Shown: positions 25,467 through 37,503 of the stretch, in pieces | Position numbering within the stretch: the stretch's first letter is position 1 | Layout of the letters: each line of letters begins with the position of its first letter | Assembly: GCF_031769215.1 (NCBI RefSeq) | Contig: NW_026781915.1 | Location: 806,001-870,000, forward strand | Length of the DNA: 64,000 nt | Reading direction: 5' to 3' | Origin: Ylistrum balloti | Lineage: Eukaryota | Notes under the pieces: model-generated | The model's input: only the letters and a program-made list of their open reading frames with translations | What the model was told of the DNA's origin: nothing | Databases searched by the model: none | Position numbers and translations under genes: made by a program

Positions 25467-26507
25467 ATGGTCGACATACATCCTGGGCGGCTGCGATGTA
25501 GAACTGTGGCCTACGTCATCGTCGCCCTTACGTTAATCGCCACTGTATTTGTCACTCGTTTATCAGTGTCTACGAGGAAGAAATTTAAACCAAAAACTCG
25601 ACAGAGTGAGAAGGAGAGAGATTTTATAGACGTGACCAGAATTGAACACAAAGTTCACAGCCAATTCCTGGAGCCGGAAGATGGAGAAACAGTCCAAAAC
25701 AAGTATACGTCGAACTCACAGAAGCGGAGGAAGGGTCAGTGTAAAGTTTTCCGGGGCTCTACCAAAGCCCCGAAACACTGCGTGCCCTTAAAAACGGTTA
25801 AAGGGGAAACCCCTATTTGTATATTTGATCCAGCCGAAGATCGCATGATCAGCTCCTACATCCGGGATTTCGGTACATGGGAACCAGACTTGGTGAATAT
25901 GACCGTTGAGATAATGGAAGCCAACCCTGCAATGAAGTTTCTTGACCTTGGATGTAATCTTGGAGTATTCACTATTTCAGTGGCCAAACTCGGTCGAAAA
26001 GTGGTGTCCGTTGACATCCTATCGCGAGCACTGGACAACCTGCAACATTCTTTAAATCTAGGAAACCTGACAGAAAACGTAACTCTTATATTGAATGCAG
26101 TGTCAAACACGCGGGAAAAGGTCAAGGTCAATGTAGTATCTGACAATATCGGTGGCAGCCATGTACGGCAGCACGACGAGACAGTACAACAAGAGGAAGT
26201 GGTACACAGCATTACAATGGATGATCTTTTAGAAGTCATCAACTCAGGAGAAGTATTTATCAAAATGGATATTGAAGGTCACGAACAAAAAGCTTTAGAG
26301 AAAAGTAAGGAATTTTTCAATAAGGTGAATGTCAAGTTTCTATTGATGGAATGGATGTTACACAAAGGCAAACCCAGCGGTGATAAAATTATCAAGTTTT
26401 TAGTGAGAAATGGTCTATTGCCATATCTAGATTACAACTTACGAGAAGTGCTACCTCTGGGAAGAGCCTCGTTCTGGCCAGACAATGTACTGTGGGCCAA
26501 GAGGTAG
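25467..26507 (+). CDS. FkbM-family (Methyltransf_21-like) SAM-dependent methyltransferase, type II membrane protein, 346 aa
   Basis: Single coding exon. N-terminal TM VAYVIVALTLIATVFV, SAM motif FLDLGCNLG, FkbM signature FIKMDIEGHE. Acceptor tctcacag at ~25403 implies an upstream UTR exon. Confidence 0.9.
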   Translation: MVDIHPGRLRCRTVAYVIVALTLIATVFVTRLSVSTRKKFKPKTRQSEKERDFIDVTRIEHKVHSQFLEPEDGETVQNKYTSNSQKRRKGQCKVFRGSTKAPKHCVPLKTVKGETPICIFDPAEDRMISSYIRDFGTWEPDLVNMTVEIMEANPAMKFLDLGCNLGVFTISVAKLGRKVVSVDILSRALDNLQHSLNLGNLTENVTLILNAVSNTREKVKVNVVSDNIGGSHVRQHDETVQQEEVVHSITMDDLLEVINSGEVFIKMDIEGHEQKALEKSKEFFNKVNVKFLLMEWMLHKGKPSGDKIIKFLVRNGLLPYLDYNLREVLPLGRASFWPDNVLWAKR

Positions 26508-27344
26508 CGTTTGGAACGTGAAAGTCGGACGATGGTTACAGAGCTTCCAGTTTGTGATTCATATACCTTACGCCAAAATATGTGCAATCAGCTTGATCTA
26601 TCATATCTGAATCTAGTCAAGCTTTATTACGTCGCGGCACGTTAGAGGCAGAATAGGACATTTTCATTCATTTTATTCAGGAGTACTTTTTAAATCTTTT
26701 ATATTATCATCATTTAAGTACCTATATATACATATGCAAAGTTTAATATATTTTGTCTGGAATAGCTTTAGCGACTCAGTTGTATTTGTTCAATTAATGT
26801 ATTCATTTTATTTGATTGTGTAACTCTACCATGGAACAGTTATTCATTGAAAAGTTAATTTCTCAAAACCGTTTCATTTTCATCAGTCATACGAAGAGAT
26901 GTCATACTGCCCTTTGAGTACCTATGTGTATGTCAAGGGTATACCCCTCAAAATTTGGACACTGGTGTGTTATATCTAGATGATTGATATGGCGTCTCCA
27001 GCCCAACCTTGTCAGCCTTGTCCCACTCAGTCTAACTGTAACACAGCATCCCCTAACTGTAAAACAGCATCCCCTACACCTCTCTGTTTCTAAATCTTTG
27101 TACGCAGTCTTTGCAACTTGTTTATTATTTTGTGTTAGAATTTCCATTCAAATATCAACACTGTTGGCGATGACATTTTCACCTAATTACACTATATTTC
27201 TGCTGGTAGTGTAGGGAACAACGATTTAACATATTTTCAATTATTTGAAAAAAAATCAAGAAAATACGTACATGGCAACAAAATCATAACTCAAACTCAA
27301 ATTCCATAAAACTAGGGCAAAATATGAAAAAGTACAAGGAGAAC

Positions 27345-27430
27345 AAGACCAAGTGTTCCGGAAAAGTGAGCGTCTTCTGCTTCATCGACGAAACACACCA
27401 TGTAAATCTTGTCCAATCAAAGTAAGTAAT
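27345..27430 (-). repeat. Dispersed repeat copy (same family as the 21960-22060 Penelope-associated tail)
   Basis: gttccggaa..gtcttctgcttcatcgacga.acac..catgtaaatctt is shared with 21968-22030; opposite-orientation copies at ~27748-27815, ~30397-30445 and ~49352-49410. Confidence 0.7.
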
Positions 27431-27496
27431 GTCACGTTCTCAAATGAGAAAAAGGTATACAACAACCAAACGAAAAGTCAAAAGAGATGCAGATTG

Positions 27497-27645
27497 ATGA
27501 AGATTGTTGTGAATTTTTACGAAAATCGGTTGGTCGTCATGTAAATACATAGGTTGAAAACCCTCATCAAGAAATATTCAGATTGATGAAGATTGTTGTG
27601 AATTTTTACGGTTGGTCGTCATGACGATCTCATCAAGAAATATTT
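27497..27645. repeat. Local ~85-bp tandem duplication
   Basis: cagattgatgaagattgttgtgaatttttacg..gttggtcgtcatg and ctcatcaagaaatatt each occur twice. Confidence 0.7.
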
Positions 27646-28258
27646 TACTGTTCAGTGTAATACGCAGCTAGTTGTGTTTGCTGATCATTAGTATACCTGA
27701 CGGTTTTCTTGTTACTTACTTTGTTCTCATTCAGGAACACAACAATTACATGGAGGGTGTCGTCAATGAAGCAGAAGACGCCCGCTCTTCCTGAATACCT
27801 GGCTCCGGCTTCTCAAAAGATAGATAGATTTAACAAGTGGTTAGTGCAAAACTAACTTGTTGCCACTGATCTAACAAGGATCTTAAATACAAAATTAACA
27901 CTCCAAATATATCAATCTGACCTGTCTCAACAAACCTAGAGCAGTGAAATAAAAAAAATGTTTCCAATTTTGTTTAATTAATTTTTGAACATTTTCACTA
28001 ACCACTGTTGTCTCTAACCAGCCTTTGAACAATTTGGGCCTGGTCTCATTCCGCTTGAACTTTTTCAGGAGTCTCCGTGTATATCATCGAGTTGTGTCCG
28101 AATTATGATTCCAATAAAATGTCATCATTTTCTTCTTTTTTAATTCAATTAAACCTACTAGTATTTAAAGATTGGTAAAATAATTGAATATATGTTAAAC
28201 TGGCATTTCATAGTGGTGTTATCCCTAACAGTAGTACATTTGATCTGGTGGACGACTA

Positions 28259-28487
28259 GGCCCCAGTTACTCAAAGCATGGTTAGTTAATCAGTGGTTAG
28301 TAAAGAAGTTAAATTGTTGACACTGAAAAGCAAATAATTGAAAAAAAAAGTTTAAAATATCAATTTGACTTGTTTTGACTAATCTGAAACAGTGAAAAGA
28401 TAAATTTTCTCAATTTTGTGTAATTTGTTTTGGCAGATTTTCATGAACAACTGATTAACTCTAACCCATTTTTTTAACAATTGGGAC
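28259..28487. mobile_element. Degenerate MITE (GGCCC..AGTT..TCAAA-type ends), with an inverted partial copy at ~27830-28040
   Basis: ggccccagttactcaaagcatggttag..cagtggttagt matches the reverse complement of actaaccactg..ctaaccagcctttgaacaatttgggcc; right end ttttaacaattgggac. Confidence 0.55.
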
Positions 28488-29059
28488 ATGATGTCTGTAT
28501 CTGTTCACGTCGACAGTTATTCTTTATGCTTAATCGTATTTGTTTCTACTCTGATATTATAGATGAAAGATGAATAATACAGAGAACATTCTGAGGTTGA
28601 TATATTGCCATATATATCGTCATTCTCCATGATAGCCGGAGAACCAGTGGGTTTAAGGAACTAACTTTGATTAAATAGATAATATATGTTCATGTTGTAT
28701 GATAATCAGAAGGACTGTGGTAGTTATCTACGTTTTAATATATTTTAAATTGAAGACTATGAATAAAGATTTATATATTTTTAATGAAGGTTGCACCTTT
28801 CTTTAAAATTTTCTACAAGAGGAAATTTGATGCAAACTGCTTCCACTGCTTGGGAACTTCTGCTATCACGAGACAATCTATACCATGGCCAAAAGATCAG
28901 TCTTTGACGACCTGGACAGGAAACAAAGTTGGGTCTTCAACATAATTTAAGCTCAAATGGAGTGATCAAAATGAAAAACAATCTTATTGTGCATCGCATT
29001 AAAAAAATCAATGGAATATAGCATATAATAAACGATGTTCATTACTTCATCACGACAAA

Positions 29060-29420
29060 CGAAATCATTGGATAGGTTTAAGTGGTAGGTTTCATCAACT
29101 AATTAGTGGATATGGTTAATCAACCAATGAGTGGACAGATTGGTTTAATCAACCAATCAGTGGAACGCATATGTTAAATCAACAAATGAGTGGATTGGTT
29201 TAATAAACCAATTGGTTTAACCAACCAATTTGGGAATGGTTAAACCAACCGATAAGTGGTATGTTTCATCAACCAATCGGTGGATATGGTTAATCAACCA
29301 ATGAGTGGATGTGTTTAATAAACCAATTAGTCGATAGATTTAATCAGCTTATGAGCGGATATGGTTAGTCAACCAATGAGTGGATTGATTTAACCAACCA
29401 TTTAGTGGATAGCTTAACCC
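29060..29420. repeat. Degenerate ~22-25-bp tandem repeat rich in CCAAT
   Basis: atcaaccaat(g/c)agtggat..ggtt units, ~15 copies. Confidence 0.75.
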
Positions 29421-32400
29421 AACGAATTAGTTCGTTAACTGCCATATAAGACCCTTAAGGTTTCTCAGACCTTGAGACCTTCCTTTGAGCAGGCGATTTT
29501 CGACCTCGACAGTACATTTTTACTCTCGAGACAATGGTCCTCTCTCGTTTACACAAAGGAGGCTGTGATTTTTTATCTTTTTTTTTTATTTTCGAAAATT
29601 TTACATATATGCATAATATACATAAATAAATGCCTGTAAGGCTGTAATTTGATAAATGATTATAAATAATTTATAGTAAAGTTTCACCTAAAATATTATA
29701 TATGTATGAGGTCAGTAAAACATTAGGAAACATGTCATCTCTTAAAAGTGGGAACCCAAGAAGTGACAAGTCAAGTATTAGACAGGGCAAATACAGTGAA
29801 ATACTGAATTAAATAGTTTGTTTCATCCTCCTACCATTCATCAATGATGTCAGGCTCCTAAACCATGTATACTGAATTAACAGCATCATACAGTTGTTTC
29901 GTCCTCCTATCATTCTTCAATGGTGTTAGGGTCCTAAAGCGTTGGTATGTAGACGTCAAAGTAACACACTTAATTGAATTACAACTAACAACAGCTTGTG
30001 GTAAAAATACATTGTATGTATTAGATTGGCATTTGTTCAATCGTTAATAAAAAAAATCAATTAAGATCGATCTAGTAGTTATAAGTGATCACATTCATTC
30101 TGAAAAAAATATGTTGTTCGAAAGTTTTACATATTAAACATTTTTTGAGAAAACTTTACGATATCACTTATAAAACAGTCTAGTAACTTCTAGTTGATTG
30201 CGATGTACTGGTTTATTAGGTTTAGCTTCGGTGTTCTTAATTTTGATACCATTATTGAAACTGAATCTTCTTTGTAACTTCCATGTCTTATTGCTATTGC
30301 CCTGTCAAAGTAAATGTTATACAGAACATGTTAGAGTATAACATTGTTCTTTTTTTAGAACGTGATATTACTAAGCTGGACTGACCAACATTTTAATGGA
30401 GGGTGTCGTCGACGAGGCTGATGACTCCATAGCACCTGATCTTATTCTCCTTGCTCTTTTAAAGGGTATCTGTCGGATTATTTTGTTTGCTCATGTATTG
30501 TCAAAGTTTTATATATTTTGAGGTTGAACTTGCAGAATTAACATGCTAGTTTTTTTATTGCTGTTTTTGTCAATAAGGAACTGAAATCTGCCATCTACCA
30601 GTCTTATATCATGCTTCCAATACTTCAATCCGTATTCTTTCTCAAGTCATCAGAAAACAGTTATCTTCGTGGCAGATATATTTTGATTTGTTTTTGAGAA
30701 GCAATAGAATTTTTCTTTAAAATATCCACCTAAAATGTATTAAAACGCATTAATGTTAATAATAATAAAAAAGTTAAAACATTCACCAAATGTCTCGGCT
30801 CTAAACACGCTGACCATTCATTGTAGTACAGTTGATACGGATTAATCGATTGTCGGCCAAGCTGTTGCTTGTCCCACCTCTAACGACATGTGCCAGATTT
30901 ACACACATAGTATATCATCCACACTACTACTGTACGAAATAGCAAACAACACTCACAATTACCGTGTGATACAGTAGTTTTGTTCAAACGATACCATGGT
31001 CAATTAAGGAACCAATATCAGGGACGACGGCAAACAAGCCTATCGCCATACATGTCGCAAAAGATCACATCACCTCAAAAACACTGCATTTGACACAGAA
31101 ACAGATAAGTTTTGTGGTCACATACTTTTCATTGGGGGAGTTGCCATATGTTGCAAGAGAGTGCATCAGACAACGCCTGAAGACTTTCAGTTGTGTTTAC
31201 AGTGATACAGTGACAGATTGAAGTAGCAATTAGGAGTGATTCAAACTGGAATGCATGTGTAAACGTATTGAAGATCAAGTATCGTGAGAATTTTCCTGTT
31301 GGAGGGGAATGAAGCTGGGTGTATGCACCAACTGTTTACAAGTTTAACTTCTATGAGTTTTAACAAAACTGTTTAACACTGTATGCGTGCTCCTTTCAAC
31401 GTGATGGTTCTACCTAGTGTGTTTGTGGCAGTAGCATGCCTAGTTGTCATGGTAATTGTCTACTACCAATTACAGGCCGATGTATGTTCAAGCAAGGAGG
31501 ATGACAGAGATGGAGTTCAGGGCACAGGTCACAGAAGGCTTTCTGAAGATAGACATTAAAAATAGATTTATACTCTCCCTGAGGTTTCAGTAGGAAATAA
31601 CAATATATCAAAACAATATTCAGCTATATGTCATGAATATGGTAGAGTAATGAACGTGTGTTTTAAAGTAAAACGAAGACCACTGATCTCAGTGCCAAAA
31701 TGGCTATAAAAAGTGTGATTGTTGTGAATTCGACAGAGCAGACAATCGATCTAACGACGGAAGGATCGGAAATTTCACTTGTGTGTTTTGTATTGTGTTT
31801 TTGATGTAAGTGAACGTATCGAAAACACGCCATAGAAGTACGTTGATGAACATTATTCCTACGAGTGGGATACATATAGAATGATAGAGATATGAAAAAA
31901 ACATTTTTTAAAAAAGCCCGCAGGAATCAAAAAGCTAAATCCACATAATCGATGTCCGCATGTTTGACGTTAATTAGAAAACCCCAGTGTAAGAAACCAT
32001 ATTTGTACACAATTTATATTTACAATTGGTTATTGATATATTTGAATAAATATTTAATAACAAATATTCTATACTCTTTTTTAATGCGAAACAGCTTGGG
32101 TCATGTAACAGACATTAATAATTATATTTTTTTAAACTATTTATTTTCACATAGTTCGGACTGATTCTGATTTGTAATGATAATTGTTTAAACACAGATT
32201 CTCTCCTATTTATGGTTTGTATGTACTATTTATGTATGTAATTCTCCTCTCATGAGCAGGAAAACTAACTATTGTTGATACACTCACGCCATCTATCGGA
32301 GAAAAATGTGAATTTCCAATATCCATTCCTTACTTATTATACTTTTAAATGAGAAATACCTATTCTATTTGCTCCAGAAAAACCGCACCAGAATAAGATG

Positions 32401-33084
32401 GCAGGATATGATTTTAGAAATGATGTAGTAAACATTGTTTATGTAGTAAGATTATTGAATTTCAATAGTGAAAAACAACACAAAACCACTAGAATCGTTA
32501 CAAAATAAGAGATCTTGTAAAACACGTTCTTGATGATCGTTATTCAAAATTAATGACCTAATAATAATACAAATTAATTTTCATGAAGAATTTTTCGTCG
32601 AAGGAAATTGAAAAATATATATATATATTGTTTTGTCCTTATTTTCTATCCTCTTTTTTATCGATTTTAACAAGAATTATCAATTGTAGTCATTCCGATA
32701 TTCTATTGTTTTCACAAAGTTTTAGATATTATTGCTCCTAGGAGAAGACTATGACAGGTCAGTTATAGTTTTCTACCTTCTAAATTTAATATTTATCCTG
32801 ATACATCTACATGTACGTCATACGTATTCACAGGAAATAGAACAATTCAAAAAGTGACAAAAATATCCACCAATCCTGTCTTTGAAAACATCTGCAAGTC
32901 TCGCATCAAATTTAGTGTTAATCTTGATCTTATTTGAGAACGAGATTTACTAACTTGGATGCACCAAGATTTCCAAGGCAGATGCCATCGATGAATTAGA
33001 AGTACGGGTATCTATCTTTAAATTTGTATTAAAAGGTAATATTTACTTGTCCGTCATTTTAACAGTCTGAACACATTACATAAT

Positions 33085-36000
33085 AACAGTTAATGGTTAT
33101 AACTGTGACAAACATTAATGGTTACACTTGATCATGGTTATAATTGTGACAAACATTAGTGGTTACACTTGATCATGGTTATAATTGTGACAAACATTAA
33201 TGGTTACACTTGATGATGGTAAAACAAGATGGTTATAATTGTGACAAACATTAATGGTTACACTTGATGATGGTAAAAACTGTGACAAACATTAATGGTT
33301 ACACTTGATGATGGTTATAATTGTGACAAACATTAGTGGTTACACTTGATCATGGTTATAATTGTGACAAACATTAGTGGTTACACTTGATCATGGTTAT
33401 AATTGTGACAAACATTATTGGTTACACTTGATGATGGTAAAACAAGTTATAAACATTAATGGTTACACTTGATCATGGTTATAATTGTGACAAACATTAG
33501 TTAAACATTAATGGTTACACTTGATGATGGTTATAATTGTGACAAACATTAGTGGTTACACTTGATCATGGTTATAATTGTGAAAAACATTAGTGGTTAC
33601 ACTTGATCATGGTTATAATTGTGACAAACATTAGTGGTTACACTTGATGATGGTTATAATTGTGACAAACATTAATGGTTACACTTGATGATGGTAAAAA
33701 CTGTGACAAACATTAATGGTTACACTTGATGATGGTAAAAACTGTGACAAACATTAATGGTTACACTTGATGGTTACACTTGATGATGGTTATAATTGTG
33801 ACAAACATTAAGTGGTTACACTTGATGATGGTAAAACAAACATTGTGACAAACATTAATGGTTACACTTGATCATGTTATAACAAACATTAGTGGTTAAT
33901 TGTGACAAACATTAATGGTTACACTTGATGATGGTAAAAACTGTGACAAACATTAATGGTTACACTTGATGACAAACATGGTTACACTTAATTGTGACAA
34001 ACATGGTTACACTTGATGATGGTTAAAACTGTGACAAACATTAATGGTTACACTTGATGATGGTAAAAACTGTGACAAACATTAATGGTTACACTTGATG
34101 ATGGTTATAATTGTGACAAACATTAATGGTTACACTTGATGATGGTAAAACAAGTTATAAACATTAATGGTTACACTTGATCATGGTTATAATTGTGACA
34201 AACATTAGTGGTTACACTTGATGATGGTTATAATTGTGACAAACATTAATGGTTACACTTGATGATGGTAAAAACTGTGACAAACATTAATGGTTACACT
34301 TGATGATGGTTATAATTGTGACAAACATTAATGGTTACACTTGATGATGGTAAAAACTGTGACAAACATTAATGGTTACACTTGATGATGGTTATAATTG
34401 TGACAAACATTAGTGGTTACACTTGATGATGATTATAATTGTGACTAATATTAATGGTTACACTTGATGATGGTTATAACTATGACAAACATTAATGGTT
34501 ACACTTGATTATAATTGTGACAAACATTAATGGTTACACTTGATGATGGTAAAAACTGTTACAAACATTAATGGTTACACTTGATGATGGTTAATAAACT
34601 GTGACAAACATTATGGTTACACTTGATGATGTTATAATTGTGACAAACATTATAATTGTGACAAACATTAATGGTTACACTTGATGATGGTTATAATTGT
34701 GACAAACATTAATGGTTACACTTGAAGTTACACTTAAAGACTGTGACAAACATTACTTGATGATGCTTATAATTGTGACAAACATTAAGTGGTTACACTT
34801 GATGATGGTGACAAACATAAAACTTGATCATGGATGACAAACATTAATGGTTACACTTGATGATGGTAAAAACTGTGACAAACATTAATGGTTACACTTG
34901 ATCATGGTTATAATTGTGACAAACATTAATGGTTACACTTGATGATGGTAAAACCTGTGACAAACATTAATGGTTACACTTGATGATGGTAAAAACTGTG
35001 ACAAACATTAATGGTTACACTTGATGATGGTAAAAACTGTGACAAACATTAATGGTTACACTTGATGATGGTTATAATTGTGACAAACATTAATGGTTAC
35101 ACTTGATGATGGTAAAAACTGTGACAAACATTAATGGTTACACTTGATGATGGTAAAAACTGTGACAAACATTAATGGTTACACTTGATGATGGTTATAA
35201 TTGTGACAAACATTAATGGTTACACTTGATGATGGTTATAATTGTGACAAACATTAATGGTTACACTTGATGATGGTAAAAACTGTGACAAACATTAATG
35301 GTTGACAAACACTGTTATAAACATTAATGGTTACACTTGATGATGGTAAAAACTGTGACAAACATTAATGGTTACACTTGATGATGGTTATAATTGTGAC
35401 AAACATTAGTGGTTACACTTGATGATGGTTATAATTGTGACAAACATTAATGGTTACACTTGATAATAGTAAAAACTTTGACAAACATTAATGGTTACAC
35501 TTGATCATGGTTATAATTGTGACAAACAATAGTGGTTACACTTGATGATGGTTATAATTGTGACAAACATTAATGGTTACACTTGATGATGGTAAAAACT
35601 GTGACAAACATTAATGGTTACACTTGATGATGGTAAAACCTGTGACAAACATTAATGGTTACACTTGATGATGGTAAAAACTGTGACAAACATTAATGGT
35701 TACACTTGATGATGGTAAAAACTGTGACAAACATTAATGGTTACACTTGATGATGGTTATAATTGTGACAAACATTAGTGGTTACACTTGATGATGATTA
35801 TAATTGTGACTAATATTAATTGTTACACTTGATGATGGTTATAATTGTGACAAGCATTAATGGTTACATTTGATGATAGTAAAGACTGTGACAAACATTA
35901 ATGGTTATACTTGATGATGCTTATAATTGTGACAAACATAAGTGGTTACACTTGATGATGGTAAAACTATGACAAACATAATTGGTTAAACTTGATCATG

Positions 36001-37345
36001 GTTATAACTATGACAAACATTAATGGTTACACTTGATGATGGTAAAAACTGTGACAAACATTAATGGTTACACTTGATCATGGTTATAATTGTGACAAAC
36101 ATTAATGGTTACACTTGATGATGGTAAAACCTGTGACAAACATTAATGGTTACACTTGATGATGGTAAAAACTGTGACAAACATTAATGGTTACACTTGA
36201 TGATGGTAAAAACTGTGACAAACATTAATGGTTACACTTGATCATGGTTATAATTGTGACAAACATTAATGGTTACACTTGATGATGGTAAAACCTGTGA
36301 CAAACATTAATGGTTACACTTGATGATGGTAAAAACTGTGACAAACATTAATGGTTACACTTGATCATGGTTATAATTGTGACAAACATTAATGGTTACA
36401 CTTGATGATGGTTATAATTGTGACAAACATTAATGGTTACACTTGATGATGGTAAAAACTGTGACAAACATTAATGGTTACACTTGATCATGGTAAAAAC
36501 TGTGACAAACATTAATGGTTACACTTGATGATGGTTATAATTGTGACAAACATTAGTGGTTACACTTGATGATGGTTATAATTGTGACAAGCATTAATGG
36601 TTACACTTGATAATAGTAAAAACTTTGACAAACATTAATGGTTACACTTGATGATGGTTATAATTGTGACAAACATTAATGGTTACACTTGATAATAGTA
36701 AAAACTGTGACAAACATTAATGGTTACACTTGATGATAGTAAAAACTGTGACAAACATTAATGGTTACACTTGATGATGGTAAAAACTGACAAACATTAA
36801 TGGTTACACTTGATGATGATTATAACTGTGACAAACATTAATGGTTACACTTGATGATGGTTATAATTGTGACAAACATTAATGGTTACACTTGATGATG
36901 GTTATAATTGTGACAAACATTAATGATTACACTTGATGATGGTTATAATTGTGACAAACATTAATGATTACACTTGCTGATGGTAAAACTATGACAAACA
37001 TTAGTGGTTACACTTGCTGATGGTAAAACTATGACAAACATTAGTGGTTACACTTGCTGATGGTAAAACTATGACAAACATTAATGGTTACACTTGATCA
37101 TGGTTATAACTATGACAAACACTAATGGTTACACTTGATGATGGTAAAACCTGTGACAAACATTAATGGTTACACTTGATGATGGTAAAACTATGACAAA
37201 CATAAATTGGTCAATCTTGATTATTATAACGCTGACAAATATTAGTTGTGACGATACTAAACCCTGATAAACATCATAGTTATACCAGATAATGGTAGTA
37301 ACTTTGAAAAAACACTATAGATTATACTTGATGACGGTTATGGAA
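33085..37345. repeat. 41-bp minisatellite array, ~100 copies
   Basis: tgtgacaaacattaatggttacacttgatgatgg followed by ttataat or taaaaac. Confidence 0.98.
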
Positions 37346-37503
37346 GTGACTAATGTATGTTGAGTCATTTTTTGTTAGTTTAGACTATATTACTATTTTT
37401 TCAGTAACAAGATGTTGTCATGAGTGTTATCGTTAAAAAAACAGCAGTATGTTAATGTCTGGTTTTACTTATTCCGGCTTCACTTGACATACTTTGTGAC
37501 TTG

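Noticed and set aside
32834-33035. Plus-strand exon-like segment (..KVTKISTNPVFEN.., faintly C2-domain-like) with AG and GT ends
   Set aside because: Stops in all three frames, and the similarity rests on a 4-residue motif; at most a pseudo-exon.
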